This document shows positions 26,829-36,724 of a stretch of DNA of 64,000 bases, piece after piece. Source of the stretch: Dehalococcoidia bacterium. Its GTDB lineage: Bacteria; Chloroflexota; Dehalococcoidia; Lucifugimonadales; Australimonadaceae. The first letter of the stretch is position 1, and each line of letters opens with the position of its first letter. Position numbers and translations under genes: made by a program. The notes beneath the pieces were generated by a model. That model ran no database searches. It had not been told where the DNA came from and saw only the letters and a program-made list of their open reading frames with translations. The DNA lies in contig CAUZHS010000002.1 of assembly GCA_963579845.1 (NCBI GenBank), positions 38,827 through 102,826 on the forward strand, in the 5' to 3' direction.

Positions 26829-29699
26829 CTATTCCATGTTGCCCCAAGTCTCGCCCGTTTTGATCTCGATTCTCAGCGGCACGACCAACTCCAGCGCGTG
26901 GGGCATGAGCTCCTCCAGCATTTCTTTGAGCTGGTCTACCTCCTCTTTCGGCGACTCGAACACCAGCTCGTCATGCACCTGAAGGAGCATCTTGCTGCGC
27001 ATGCCTGTCTCGTCAAGTCGGCACTGCACATGCATGAGGGCTTCCCGGAGCACCTCGGCGGCCGTGCCCTGCACCGGCATGTTGATCGCCATGCGCTCGC
27101 CCGCCATCCGCGCCTGCTGATTTGGTGCCCGGAGCTCCGGCAGATAGCGCCGCCGGCCCAGTAGCGTCTCCACGTAGCCATCCCGTTTAGCAGCGTCGAT
27201 GGTGGCGTCGATGTACTCTCGCACTTTGGGGTAGGTGCTGAAGTAGGTCTTGATGAACTCCGCGCCCTCCTCGTTGGTCAGCTCCGTTTGCTGGGAGATA
27301 CCGAATGCGCTCAGACCGTAGATCACCCCGAAATTCATCACCTTGGCTAGTCGGCGCATGTCGCGTGTCACCTCGTCGAGAGACACTTTGTAGATGCGTG
27401 CGGCCGTGGCCGCGTGGATATCCTCATTCCGCTCGAAGGCGGCGATGAGGTCTCGGTCTTGAGAGAGGTGGGCAAGCACGCGCAGTTCCACCTGGGAGTA
27501 GTCGGCGGCTACCAGGAGCCAGTCGGGGCGGCCCTCCGCGATGAAGGCCTTGCGGACACGGCGGCCCACCTCGGTGCGGATGGGGATGTTCTGCAAGTTT
27601 GGGTCATTGCTGGCGATGCGTCCTGTGGCCGACCCCGCCTGGTTGTAGCTGGTGTGGATACGGTGGGTCTCGGGGTTCACCGCTAGGGGCAGGGCATCGA
27701 CGTAGGTTGACTTGAGTTTGGTCAGCGCCCGGTATTCTTGGATGTTGGCCACGATTTTCAGGCTCTCTGGGCGAGTATTCTCCAGCGCTTCCGGGGGCAT
27801 CTTGTTCAGGGCGTCCAGCGTGGCGGCGTCGGTGGAGTAGCCAGTCTGAGTTCGTTTGCCTTTGGGTAGTTTGAGTTCGTTGTAGAGGATATCTGCTAAT
27901 TGTGCTGGCGAGTTGATGTTGAAGCGATGGCCTAAGTCGTTGTATATCCCGGCTTCCAGGGTCTGAATCTGTCCGGTCAGCTCCTCCGCCAGATTTTCCA
28001 GGACACTGGTATCGACGCCGATACCGTTGATCTGCATCTGGGCAATTACCGATACCAGCGGCATTTCATGCTCGACCATGAGCGTGGTGAGCCCATCTCG
28101 TTCCAGCTCTGGCTCCATCACCTGCATCAGCCGGAGGGTCATGTCGGCGTCGGCGGCGGCGTAGGGCGCCGCCATCTCGATTCCCACCTGGTCGAAGGTA
28201 ATTTGGTTGCGGCCCGTGCCGATTAGCTCGCTGATGGGGGTCATCTCCACCATCAGCCGGTTGAAGGCCTGGGCCTTAAGCCCCAGGGCCTTGTCGCCCA
28301 GCAGGTGCGCCGCCAGCAGGGTGTCGAAGGCGACCTTGACCTTGCCGGGCCGCACGCCGTAGTTGGCCAGCAGGGTGAGGTCAAAGTTGGCGTTGTGGCC
28401 TACTTTACCTATGGAGGGTTCCTCCAAGAGCGGCACTACGTGGGCGAGCACCTGCTCCAGGGGAAGTTGCTGGCCCGTTTGGTGGCCTACGGGAACGTAG
28501 TAGGCCTTGCCCGGTGTGACCGCAAAGGAGAGGCCAACCAGCGCCGCCTGCATTGGGTCGATTGAGGTCGTCTCGGTATCGAAGGCGACGACCGAGGCCG
28601 CGCGGAGGTCCTTGACCATGGCCGTCAGCGCCTCTGGCGTGTCCACCACTACAGTTTCGGTGGGAGCGGCTTGAGTGCTTGCCGAAGACGGGGCGGTGTC
28701 ATCGCTCGCCGGTTGCGCGATTTCGTCCACCGGAGCAGGGATACGGGGGATGAGGGAGTTGAACTCTAGCTGCCTGAAGACCTCTAGCACGTCGTTGCGG
28801 TCGTAGTGACCGAACAGAGACTGGTCGAATGCGAATTCCACCGGCGCTTCGGTGACGATGGTGACTAGGTGCTTATTCCGCTTGGCCTGCTCTTCGTGGT
28901 CGCGCAGGAGTTGCTGAATGCGGGGTGGGCTCACGTCGTCGATGCGCTCGTAGATGCCCTCCACGCTGTCGAATTGCTGGACGAGCTTGATGGCCGTCTT
29001 GCGTCCCACGCCGGGGACCCCGGGGATGTTGTCCGAGGTATCGCCCTCTAGGGCCTTCACGTCGATCTGCTGCTGGGGTTCCAGCCCGCCGTAGCGCTCG
29101 CGCACCGCCTGCACGTCGTACATCTTCTGTTCGCCGAAGCCCGAGGTGATAAGCACTCGCACGTGGGGTGACACGAGTTGCAGCATATCGGAGTCGCCGG
29201 TAAAGATGATGGTGTCGGTGCCGTGCGCCGTGGCCTCGCGGGTGATTGTGCCGAGCACGTCGTCGGCCTCGTAGCCGCTCACTTCGTAGATGGGTATCTG
29301 CAAGGCTTCGATGACCTGCTTGATGCGATCCACCTGCATGTGGAGTTCGGGCGGCGCGGGAGGTCGGTTTGCCTTGTACTCGGCGTAGACATCGTCGCGG
29401 AAGGTGGGGCCCGGCGGGTCGAAGGCGACGGCCATGTGGGTCGGCCGGTAGTCACCGATGGCCCGAAACATGCTGTTGGTGAACCCGTAAACGCCCCGGA
29501 CCTCCTCCCCGGTGCTTCGGATGGTCATGGGTTGCTTGATGCCGAAGAAGGCGCGGAAGACCATGGCGTGGCCATCGAGCACCAGGAGCAGCGGAGGGCG
29601 AGCCGGTTTCGGGCTATCTGGGGGATTGTCCACGGGCTGGCCCGCCGCTGCTGCGTGGTCGAACAGCGTCGGAGCATCCTTTCTCGGGGCTCGCGCCAT
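26829..29699 (-). CDS. polA: DNA polymerase I
   Basis: 956-aa ORF. 5'-nuclease domain (LLLVLDGHAMVFRAFF), 3'-5' exo-like domain, and pol A motifs DYSQVELRVLAH and QVHDELVFE. AAGGAG RBS upstream of the ATG at 29699. Confidence 0.92.
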   Translation of the reverse strand: MARAPRKDAPTLFDHAAAAGQPVDNPPDSPKPARPPLLLVLDGHAMVFRAFFGIKQPMTIRSTGEEVRGVYGFTNSMFRAIGDYRPTHMAVAFDPPGPTFRDDVYAEYKANRPPAPPELHMQVDRIKQVIEALQIPIYEVSGYEADDVLGTITREATAHGTDTIIFTGDSDMLQLVSPHVRVLITSGFGEQKMYDVQAVRERYGGLEPQQQIDVKALEGDTSDNIPGVPGVGRKTAIKLVQQFDSVEGIYERIDDVSPPRIQQLLRDHEEQAKRNKHLVTIVTEAPVEFAFDQSLFGHYDRNDVLEVFRQLEFNSLIPRIPAPVDEIAQPASDDTAPSSASTQAAPTETVVVDTPEALTAMVKDLRAASVVAFDTETTSIDPMQAALVGLSFAVTPGKAYYVPVGHQTGQQLPLEQVLAHVVPLLEEPSIGKVGHNANFDLTLLANYGVRPGKVKVAFDTLLAAHLLGDKALGLKAQAFNRLMVEMTPISELIGTGRNQITFDQVGIEMAAPYAAADADMTLRLMQVMEPELERDGLTTLMVEHEMPLVSVIAQMQINGIGVDTSVLENLAEELTGQIQTLEAGIYNDLGHRFNINSPAQLADILYNELKLPKGKRTQTGYSTDAATLDALNKMPPEALENTRPESLKIVANIQEYRALTKLKSTYVDALPLAVNPETHRIHTSYNQAGSATGRIASNDPNLQNIPIRTEVGRRVRKAFIAEGRPDWLLVAADYSQVELRVLAHLSQDRDLIAAFERNEDIHAATAARIYKVSLDEVTRDMRRLAKVMNFGVIYGLSAFGISQQTELTNEEGAEFIKTYFSTYPKVREYIDATIDAAKRDGYVETLLGRRRYLPELRAPNQQARMAGERMAINMPVQGTAAEVLREALMHVQCRLDETGMRSKMLLQVHDELVFESPKEEVDQLKEMLEELMPHALELVVPLRIEIKTGETWGNME

Positions 29700-29820
29700 G
29701 GCTTACTCCTTTCGCCAGATCTGTCTAGGGTAGACGAGATCGTGTAGACCTACGGTATGATAGCCCATGTCGCTACGAGAGGGAGGCGAACAGGCAAGAT
29801 CACATTGAGGAGGCGATGCC

Positions 29821-30105
29821 GTGAGCGGTTGGAACGAATACAAGAAGGCGCTCCGCGAGGCCAACAACGAGTATCTTGAGGCGGCCCAGAAGTCGTGGGA
29901 TCAATATGTAAGTGAACTAAACGCGGTGCTGGATAACCCCAAGGTGGAACCCTACTTTGGGCGGGTGACGGTGGCGCGGGCCGTGGCCCGGTTCTATAGC
30001 CGGAACGAGAAGACGGTGATGGTGATTCCCGCCGCCGAGCAGGTGGCATTTGGCGGGCACATCAAGCCTTTGGTCGAGGCCCAGAAGAAGGCCAAGAAGG
30101 GTTAG
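29821..30105 (+). CDS. hypothetical small protein
   Basis: 94-aa ORF, GTG start with GAGGAGG 7 nt upstream; no family recognised. Confidence 0.55.
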   Translation: MSGWNEYKKALREANNEYLEAAQKSWDQYVSELNAVLDNPKVEPYFGRVTVARAVARFYSRNEKTVMVIPAAEQVAFGGHIKPLVEAQKKAKKG

Positions 30106-30332
30106 CCTTAACCTACCACAAAGGGCGCGTCCGGCGCGTCCTGCACCCATAAGTAGGAGCCGGACCAGATCTACCCATGGCAGCGTCCGATCGCCGTAAG
30201 GGTCAGGCTATTTGGATTCAGGCTTGCGCCGGAATGACGTGGGCCTGGCCGAGTTTTGAGGGGCTGTGGGTTTGCTCCCGAATGCGGGTATAAGTCTAAG
30301 ACTCGCGACTAGTTGGAGGCATGCCCTGGTGA

Positions 30333-31406
30333 CTAGTAGCCGCGATCCCAGTCTACCGAGTTCTTGAGCGGATCACCGCCCAAGAACAGGCGTAGATTTT
30401 CGATGAAGAGGTCCATGCCGAATGAGTGGACCTCACCCACGTTGTCCGAGTTGTGGGGCGTCATCACCACGGTGGGCAGGGCCATGAGCTCCGGGTCCGG
30501 TGGGTGGAAGTACTCGTTGGTGTACACGTCGAGGTAGGCCCCACCCAGCTTCCCGGAGCGCAGGGCGTCCTTCAATGCCGGCTCGTCGATGATCTCTCCC
30601 CTGGCCACGTTCAGCACCATTGCGCCGTCGCGCATGACCGCGAAAGCGTCCGCATTGAGTACATGGCGGGTCTCGTCCGTAAGTGGCGTACAGACCACGA
30701 CGTAGTCGCATTCTGTCAGCATGGCATGCAGCTCCGAGGGAGGGAACAGTTCGTTCACGCCGCCGGTGTCGCGCTCGCGTTCTGTGGCCGAGTGGCGAGT
30801 GGCTAGCACGCGCATGCCGTTGGCCCTGGCCAGGCGCGCCACGTGTCCGCCGATGCCGCCCAGACCGATGAGGCCCATGGTCTTTCCGGAGAGCATGCTG
30901 AAGCGGTAGGTCTCTGCAAAGCGGCCCTTGGCCGTGGCCGCTGCTGCGTTGGAGATGTCCTTGGCGAAGGCGTAGGCGTGGGCGATGACCATCTCGGCGA
31001 TTGGCAGTGTGCCGGTGAATCCTCGGGAACAGGTGGCCTGCACCGGTTGGCCCCACAGGTCCGACTCCGTGAAGTCGGACACTCCGGCGAAGGGGATATG
31101 CACCCACAGGAGGCTCTCGGCGCGGGAGTAGATGTTGCGAGGAAACGGCGCGTCGAGCACGATGACATGGGACTCGTGGAGCAGAGTCTCGCACTCGCGT
31201 CGGGACAGCCCGCCCACGGGACCGGTGTCCTTGGCGAAGGCGCCGAACTGGGGGAAGAGGCCCGCTTCGTCGGCCAGAGAGGATGCGGTGAGGGCGTTAA
31301 CGTGGAGCCTGTCCGGCGCCACGGCCATGACGCGCTCAGCCCAGTCGGCGTAGCGGGACGAGACGATGAGAACGTTGAGCAAGGGGGAATGCGGTTGAGG
31401 CATCAT
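30333..31406 (-). CDS. D-isomer-specific 2-hydroxyacid dehydrogenase family protein
   Basis: 357-aa ORF; GLIGLGGIGGHVARLARANGMRV NAD-binding motif, catalytic R/E/H region (VARGEIIDE, TPHNS). Confidence 0.85.
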   Translation of the reverse strand: MMPQPHSPLLNVLIVSSRYADWAERVMAVAPDRLHVNALTASSLADEAGLFPQFGAFAKDTGPVGGLSRRECETLLHESHVIVLDAPFPRNIYSRAESLLWVHIPFAGVSDFTESDLWGQPVQATCSRGFTGTLPIAEMVIAHAYAFAKDISNAAAATAKGRFAETYRFSMLSGKTMGLIGLGGIGGHVARLARANGMRVLATRHSATERERDTGGVNELFPPSELHAMLTECDYVVVCTPLTDETRHVLNADAFAVMRDGAMVLNVARGEIIDEPALKDALRSGKLGGAYLDVYTNEYFHPPDPELMALPTVVMTPHNSDNVGEVHSFGMDLFIENLRLFLGGDPLKNSVDWDRGY

Positions 31407-31593
31407 GTTCCTGTGCCGTCGTGCTGATATTATCGGGAAATTATGTAATCAACCGGACTTGGGCCACGGCTTCGTCAAGGAGAGGCGCGCGGTCTCCCCG
31501 CACCAAGGGTGGCCAGAGGCACGGCCCATGAGAGGGTTGTGGTACATCCTTGCTACGCGTGCCTCTAGAATATAGGTGTAGCATACGTTCGGC

Positions 31594-33354
31594 CTAGTCC
31601 TCCTCCAGGGTGGATGTGTCGCCTTCGGGCAGGCCCAGCTCCCGAGCCTTGAGCAGCCGTCGCATGATCTTGCCGCTGCGGGTCTTCGGTAACGAGTCCA
31701 GGAAGTCGATCTCCCGCGGGGCCACGCCTGACGAGAGCTTGTCCCGCGAGAAGGCTATGAGCTCTCGCCGCAGCTTGTCCGATGCCTCGTAGCCGGAGTT
31801 CAGCGACACAAAAGCCTTCACTACCTCCATGGCCATGGGGTCGGGCTTGCCGATGACTCCTGCCTCGGCCACGGCAGGATGCTCCATGAGGGTGCTCTCT
31901 ACCTCGAAGGGGCCGACCAGGTGGCCGGCGGTGTTGATTACGTCGTCGGCGCGGCCCACGAACCAGAAATAGCCGTCGGCGTCGCGCCACGCCCTGTCGC
32001 CGGTGAGATACCAGCCGTGGACGAACCGCGAGTCGTAGCGCTCCTGCTGGTTCCAATAGGCCTGGAACATGGAGGGCCAGTTGGGGCGGATGGCCAGGTC
32101 GCCCTCGAGGTCCGGCAGCAGCTCGTTGCCTGCCTCGTCGATTATGCTCGCGGTGATACCGGGGAGCGGCTTGCCCATGGAGCCTACCCTGACGGGCAGC
32201 ATTGGGTAGTTAGCGATGAGAATGGCACCCGTCTCGGTCTGCCACCAGTTATCGTGGATGGGCATTCCCAGGGCCTTCATGCCCCAGTGGATGGCCTCTG
32301 GGTTCAACGGCTCGCCCACCGAGCAGATGTAGCGCAGGCTGGAGAGGTCGAAGCGCCGAGGTACGTCGGCGCCGGAGCGCATGAGCATGCGGACCGCGGT
32401 GGGCGCGGTGTACCACATGGTGACGCTGTACTTCTGGATAATTTCGTACCACTTGCGGGTGTTGAAGCCGCCTTCGTAGACCACCTGGGTGACGCCGTTG
32501 GCCCAGGGTGCGAACATGCCGTAGGAGGTGCCGGTGACCCAACCGGGGTCGGCGGTGCACCAGTAAATGTCGTCGGGATGCAGGTCCAGCACGAGCTTGC
32601 CGGTGAGGTAGTGCTGAATGACGGCGTTGTGCCGGTGGACGGCGCCCTTGGGCTTGCCCGTGGTGCCGGAGGTGTAGTGCATCACTGAGTAGTCGTCCCG
32701 GGTGGTCTCCAACGGGCCGAATTCGCCGGAGGCTTCGGCCATGAGCGCGTAAAAGTCCAAGTCGCCCTCGGCGAGAGGCTCCTGGGAGCGGCTGTTTTTG
32801 TTGATGATGATGATGTGCTTCAACTCAGGCAGCTCCGGCAAAATGCGGGCGATGCGCGCGCGGAGGTCGGGTTGGGTGACGAGCACAGTAGCGCCGCTGT
32901 CGGAGAGGCGGTCTTTCACTGGGTCGGGGCCAAAGGCGGAGAATAAGGGGCCGATGATACAGCCGGCCTTCAGCGTGCCGAAGACGGCGGCGTAATGTTC
33001 GGGAATGCGCTCCAGGAAGGTGAAGACACGCTCGCCCTTCTGCAGGCCCAGGCTCCTAAGGACGTTGGCGAACTGATTGGACGTCCGGCGCAGGTCGCTG
33101 AAGGAGTGGGTTTCCGTTTCGCCGTTCTTGCCCTCCCAGAGCATGGCCGTCTTGGAGCCCCGGCCGTCGGTGCAATGGCGGTCGATGGCCTCGTGGGCTA
33201 AATTGAGCCCGCCGTTGGGCAGGAAGTCTATCTCTTTTTCAACGCTGGCCCAGTCGAAACCGTTGTAGGTGGAGTCGTAGTCGGCCAGGTTGGGCGACAC
33301 CCGAAATGGGCCGGGCTTTTCGATGATGCCGTGATTAACGCGGTGGGTGGTCAT
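31594..33354 (-). CDS. acsA: acetyl-CoA synthetase (AMP-forming, Bacillus AcsA-type)
   Basis: 586-aa ORF; YTSGTTGKPKG, YWCTADPGWVTG, GDRAWRDADGYFWFVGRADDVIN, SGKIMRRLL; GGAGG RBS. Confidence 0.85.
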   Translation of the reverse strand: MTTHRVNHGIIEKPGPFRVSPNLADYDSTYNGFDWASVEKEIDFLPNGGLNLAHEAIDRHCTDGRGSKTAMLWEGKNGETETHSFSDLRRTSNQFANVLRSLGLQKGERVFTFLERIPEHYAAVFGTLKAGCIIGPLFSAFGPDPVKDRLSDSGATVLVTQPDLRARIARILPELPELKHIIIINKNSRSQEPLAEGDLDFYALMAEASGEFGPLETTRDDYSVMHYTSGTTGKPKGAVHRHNAVIQHYLTGKLVLDLHPDDIYWCTADPGWVTGTSYGMFAPWANGVTQVVYEGGFNTRKWYEIIQKYSVTMWYTAPTAVRMLMRSGADVPRRFDLSSLRYICSVGEPLNPEAIHWGMKALGMPIHDNWWQTETGAILIANYPMLPVRVGSMGKPLPGITASIIDEAGNELLPDLEGDLAIRPNWPSMFQAYWNQQERYDSRFVHGWYLTGDRAWRDADGYFWFVGRADDVINTAGHLVGPFEVESTLMEHPAVAEAGVIGKPDPMAMEVVKAFVSLNSGYEASDKLRRELIAFSRDKLSSGVAPREIDFLDSLPKTRSGKIMRRLLKARELGLPEGDTSTLEED

Positions 33355-33615
33355 ATATGCACCTCCTCGCCCAGCAGGGCGTGGTTGCCTGGATTCTGGT
33401 TTGCTCTGGAAAGACGAGGCCTCATGGCTCGATTCTTCGCTTCGATGTAATCGGGGTTCAGGACAGGCAAGCCCTCCGACAGGCTCGGTTCAAACTTGCT
33501 ATCGGAGTCTTCGACGCTATAAGCGGGAATATATACTGCACGGCCTGAACTTGTCGAAGGATTCCACTGCCAATTATCCCCAGATTATAGGTGCAGGACG
33601 AGTCCTGACGGAGGG

Positions 33616-33909
33616 CTATGCGAAGGTCTTGGCCAGGGTCTCTTCGATTTGATGTTTGATCTGATCGGTAAAGGGCCGGGCCATGAACGGGACAGTGGTT
33701 TCGACTAGTATCTCGGATTCGGTGACCGTAGCGGTCCCGGAAAGGCGGATGCCCAGGGCGGAAACGGTGTAGGCAAGGACGTCGGGAGATAGCCACTCCT
33801 TGGCGGCCGAGACGTCCTGGGGGTTGCGGTCCATGAATTCCTGGGCGAAACGGTCCAGGCGTGCCGCCGCGTCTGCCTGGGTCATGCCGTGGCGGTGGGT
33901 GACACGCAC
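33616..33909 (-). CDS. small protein resembling the polyhydroxyalkanoic-acid-system (PHA_gran_rgn) family
   Basis: 97-aa ORF 3 nt after the hisA stop. Overall pattern (H..G....A...L......E........W......F...A.G....G...V....I.V......F) recalled from that family. Assignment is tentative. Confidence 0.45.
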   Translation of the reverse strand: MRVTHRHGMTQADAAARLDRFAQEFMDRNPQDVSAAKEWLSPDVLAYTVSALGIRLSGTATVTESEILVETTVPFMARPFTDQIKHQIEETLAKTFA

Positions 33910-33912
33910 GGC

Positions 33913-34638
33913 TTACGCCAATGCCCAGACGGCCTGGGCCAGGTCGATGTTGCCGGTGTAGATGGCGCTGCCGATGATGGCGGCTTCAGCTCCCAACCCT
34001 GCCAGCCGCTCCAGATGGGCGATGCTGCGGATGCCACCGGAGGCGATGAGGACGGCGCCAAGCGCGTTGGCACGCTCCACCATGACGGCTACGGCGTCAA
34101 AGTTGGGCTCGGTGAGGGTGCCATCGCGGGAGATGTCGGTGTAGACGAACCGCCGCACGCCGAAGTCTGCCATGCGCGCCATCAGGTCCTGGGCGCTGAG
34201 CGTACGATGCTGCGTCCAGCCTTGGACGGCCACCATGCCGTCGCGGGCGTCCACTCCGACGATGATTCGCTCGGCGCCGTGCTGGCTGACCACCTGTTTG
34301 ACGAGGTCGGGGTCGTCGACCGCCGCGGTGCCCAGCACCACGCGGCTGGCGCCCATGGCGACGACCGCGCTTATGGTCTCGGCGTCGCGCAGTCCACCGC
34401 CGAGCTGCCATGGTATGCCGGACTCTTGGCCGATGCGCCGGTAGACGGATGCGTTGGTCGGCGACCCGGTGCGGGCACCGTCCAGGTCAACTACGTGTAC
34501 AAGACTTGCGCCGGCGGCTGCGAACTCCTTGGCTTGGGCAACGGCGTCGGCGGAGTAGACGGTCTCCTGGGCATAATCGCCCTGGTGCAGGCGTACGACT
34601 TTGCCGTCGCGGAGGTCTATGGAGGGAATGACCTCCAT
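33913..34638 (-). CDS. hisA: ProFAR isomerase
   Basis: 241-aa ORF; MEVIPSIDLRDGKVVRLHQGDY, GGGLRD, ASGGIRS motifs. Confidence 0.9.
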   Translation of the reverse strand: MEVIPSIDLRDGKVVRLHQGDYAQETVYSADAVAQAKEFAAAGASLVHVVDLDGARTGSPTNASVYRRIGQESGIPWQLGGGLRDAETISAVVAMGASRVVLGTAAVDDPDLVKQVVSQHGAERIIVGVDARDGMVAVQGWTQHRTLSAQDLMARMADFGVRRFVYTDISRDGTLTEPNFDAVAVMVERANALGAVLIASGGIRSIAHLERLAGLGAEAAIIGSAIYTGNIDLAQAVWALA

Positions 34639-34641
34639 GAC

Positions 34642-35298
34642 CTAGGCGCTAGAAGCGGCTTCCCGGTAGACCAGGCGCCGCACGAAGTTGTCGTAGAGTT
34701 GCAGCCCAACGGGGCCGCTCTTCTCGGGGTGGAATTGGGTGGCGACGAGGTTTCCGTGGACCGCGACGCTACAGAAGTCAATGCCGTATTCCGTGGTGCC
34801 CAGGACCACTTCCGGGTCTTCGGGCGTGGCGTAGTAACTGTGGACGAAGTAGAAGTAGCTGTCCTGCGCGACGTTCTCGAATAGGGGATGGCTGCAGTTT
34901 ACGTGGACGCTATTCCAGCCCATATGGGGTACTTTGAGGCCCGCGGGGAGCAGTTTGGTTGTGCCGGGCAGCACACCCAGGCAGGCGGTGTCACCTTCCT
35001 CCGAGCGCTCGACTAGGAGTTGCAGGCCGAGGCAGACGCCGAAGAAGGGCTTGTCCTCGCTGATGGCCTTGCGTATCGCGTCTGCCATACCGTTGGAGTT
35101 CAGCGTGGTCATGGCGGGAGGTGAGGCGCCCTGGCCGGGGAAGACGAGGGCCGGTGCTTCTGCGACGACTGCGGGGTCATCACTGATGACGGCCGGGTGC
35201 CCGAGGTGCTCGAAGGCCTTCTGGACGCTACGCAGGTTGCCCGCGCCGTAGTCGATTATGACGATGGACTCCATAAGACCATATTGTAGCAGTCCCAT
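34642..35298 (-). CDS. hisH: imidazole glycerol phosphate synthase, glutamine amidotransferase subunit
   Basis: 218-aa ORF; IIDYGAGNLRSV, GVCLGLQLL, QFHPEKS. Start may be the ATG at 35274 (MESIVIIDYG). Confidence 0.9.
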   Translation of the reverse strand: MGLLQYGLMESIVIIDYGAGNLRSVQKAFEHLGHPAVISDDPAVVAEAPALVFPGQGASPPAMTTLNSNGMADAIRKAISEDKPFFGVCLGLQLLVERSEEGDTACLGVLPGTTKLLPAGLKVPHMGWNSVHVNCSHPLFENVAQDSYFYFVHSYYATPEDPEVVLGTTEYGIDFCSVAVHGNLVATQFHPEKSGPVGLQLYDNFVRRLVYREAASSA

Positions 35299-35342
35299 GG
35301 GGGTCTATGGGTCCGCTCGCCGCGACCCCTAGACCCCCATGG
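35295..35342. repeat. 19-bp inverted repeat (18/19 match) with 10-nt spacer
   Basis: CCATGGGGGTCTATGGGTC (35295-35313) versus GACCCCTAGACCCCCATGG (35324-35342), read directly. The left arm covers the first in-frame ATG of the hisH ORF. Confidence 0.85.
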
Positions 35343-35542
35343 TGTCCCTTGTGAAAGTCGCGAGTCTTTGACCTGCACCTACCAGGACGTGTACGTGACC
35401 TACTTTGCAGGAACCAGCGGAGGGGCTCGACCGGGACGTGCTGCAGATGACGGGTTGAGCCACGCGAGTAGGTCTAAGACGAGTCCTGGCTGCTAGAATA
35501 GCCGGGTTTCATCGGTTACTTGCCTTTAGGAGGTGCATTCGC

Positions 35543-36643
35543 GTGGCAATAGGTATCATCGGCCTTCCCCGGAGTGGCAAGTCCACGGTATTCAATGCTG
35601 CGACACGTGGCCATGCGGCCACGGCGAATTTCGGCAGCGGCGCCGCAAAGCCCAACGTTGGTGTGGTGAAGGTGCCGGACCCTCGCCTGGACGTGCTGGC
35701 GGTGATGGAGAAGTCCAAGCGAATAGTGCCCGCGGAAGTGGAATACTTGGACTTCCCTGGGGTACCTGAGGGGTTGGGCAAGTCGCGGGGTATCAGCGGC
35801 GAATATTTGAACATGCTCCAGAGCTGCGACGCCTTGGCCCTGGTGGTGCGGGCCTTCCAAGATCCGTCTGTGCCCACCGAGGAAGCGACCATCGATCCAG
35901 GCCGTGACGTGGAGAACATGGAGATGGAGATGGCCTTCTCCGACCTCGCGCTTCTGGAGCGGAGGGAGCAGCGTATCGAGCAAGGGATGAAGCGGGCCAA
36001 GGCCACCGAGCGTACGGAGCTTTCGCGTGAAATGGAGCTTGTGAGGCAGCTGCGACAGGGATTGGAGGCTGAGACGCCGGTGCGTGAGCAGTCCCCGCCT
36101 GCAGAGGCCCGTGGTCTGATGGAGAACTTTCAGCTGCTGACGGCCAAGCCGCTCCTCGTGGTGTTCAATGCGGGCGAAGAGGACCTTCCCCGACTCGAGG
36201 AGATGGAAGCTGAGTTTGCCCAGAATCATGCTCGGCCGGGAGTTGAGGTGGTGGTACTCTGCGGGAAGCTGGAGATGGAGCTGGCGCAGATGGCGCCCGA
36301 GGAGGAGGCTGAGTTTCGTTCGTCTCTGGACGCCGGGGAGTCGGGACTGGAGAAGATGGTAAAAACTTCGTACCGGGCGTTGGACCTGGTCTCATTTCTG
36401 ACCGCCGGTGAGATGGAGACGAGGGCTTGGTCCATCACCAGGGGCATACCGGCGTTTCAGGCGGCGGGGAAAATACATTCCGACATTCAACGGGGGTTCA
36501 TCCGGGCGGAGGTGGTGAGTTACGACGACCTGGTGCGTACGGGCAGCCTGGCCCAGGCGCGGCGCGAGGGTGTGTTGCGCGCGGAGGGCAAACAGTACGT
36601 GATGCAGGACGGCGACGTGGTGAACTATTTGTTCAACGTTTGA
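35543..36643 (+). CDS. ychF: ribosome-binding ATPase YchF (Obg-like)
   Basis: 366-aa ORF, GTG start after AGGAGG; GIIGLPRSGKSTVFNA P-loop, C-terminal TGS-like IHSDIQRGFIRAEV. Confidence 0.9.
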   Translation: MAIGIIGLPRSGKSTVFNAATRGHAATANFGSGAAKPNVGVVKVPDPRLDVLAVMEKSKRIVPAEVEYLDFPGVPEGLGKSRGISGEYLNMLQSCDALALVVRAFQDPSVPTEEATIDPGRDVENMEMEMAFSDLALLERREQRIEQGMKRAKATERTELSREMELVRQLRQGLEAETPVREQSPPAEARGLMENFQLLTAKPLLVVFNAGEEDLPRLEEMEAEFAQNHARPGVEVVVLCGKLEMELAQMAPEEEAEFRSSLDAGESGLEKMVKTSYRALDLVSFLTAGEMETRAWSITRGIPAFQAAGKIHSDIQRGFIRAEVVSYDDLVRTGSLAQARREGVLRAEGKQYVMQDGDVVNYLFNV

Positions 36644-36724
36644 GTGGATGTGGTGAACCTAGCCTTTTCTGCGCCGTTCATCCTAAGCCCGTCGTAAGGC
36701 GGAGCGGATATTCCGAGGAATCTC

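Noticed and set aside
30106-30332. 227-bp convergent spacer examined for an ncRNA (SRP RNA, tmRNA, RNase P, 6S)
   Set aside because: None of the diagnostic motifs I know is present on either strand (SRP GGAA-containing domain IV, tmRNA tag plus tRNA-like end, RNase P GAGGAAAGUCC). It cannot be called without a covariance-model search.
33597-33607. 11-mer GACGAGTCCTG shared by two intergenic regions (also at 35478-35488), and the palindrome GTCTAAGAC at about 30291 and 35473
   Set aside because: By my rough estimate, exact 9-11-mer recurrences are expected many times by chance in 64 kb on two strands. The flanks do not align, so this is not evidence of a shared motif.
33889-34884. 331-aa plus-strand ORF
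   Set aside because: It is antisense to hisA/hisH. The Gly/Val/Asp/His-rich translation has no family resemblance.
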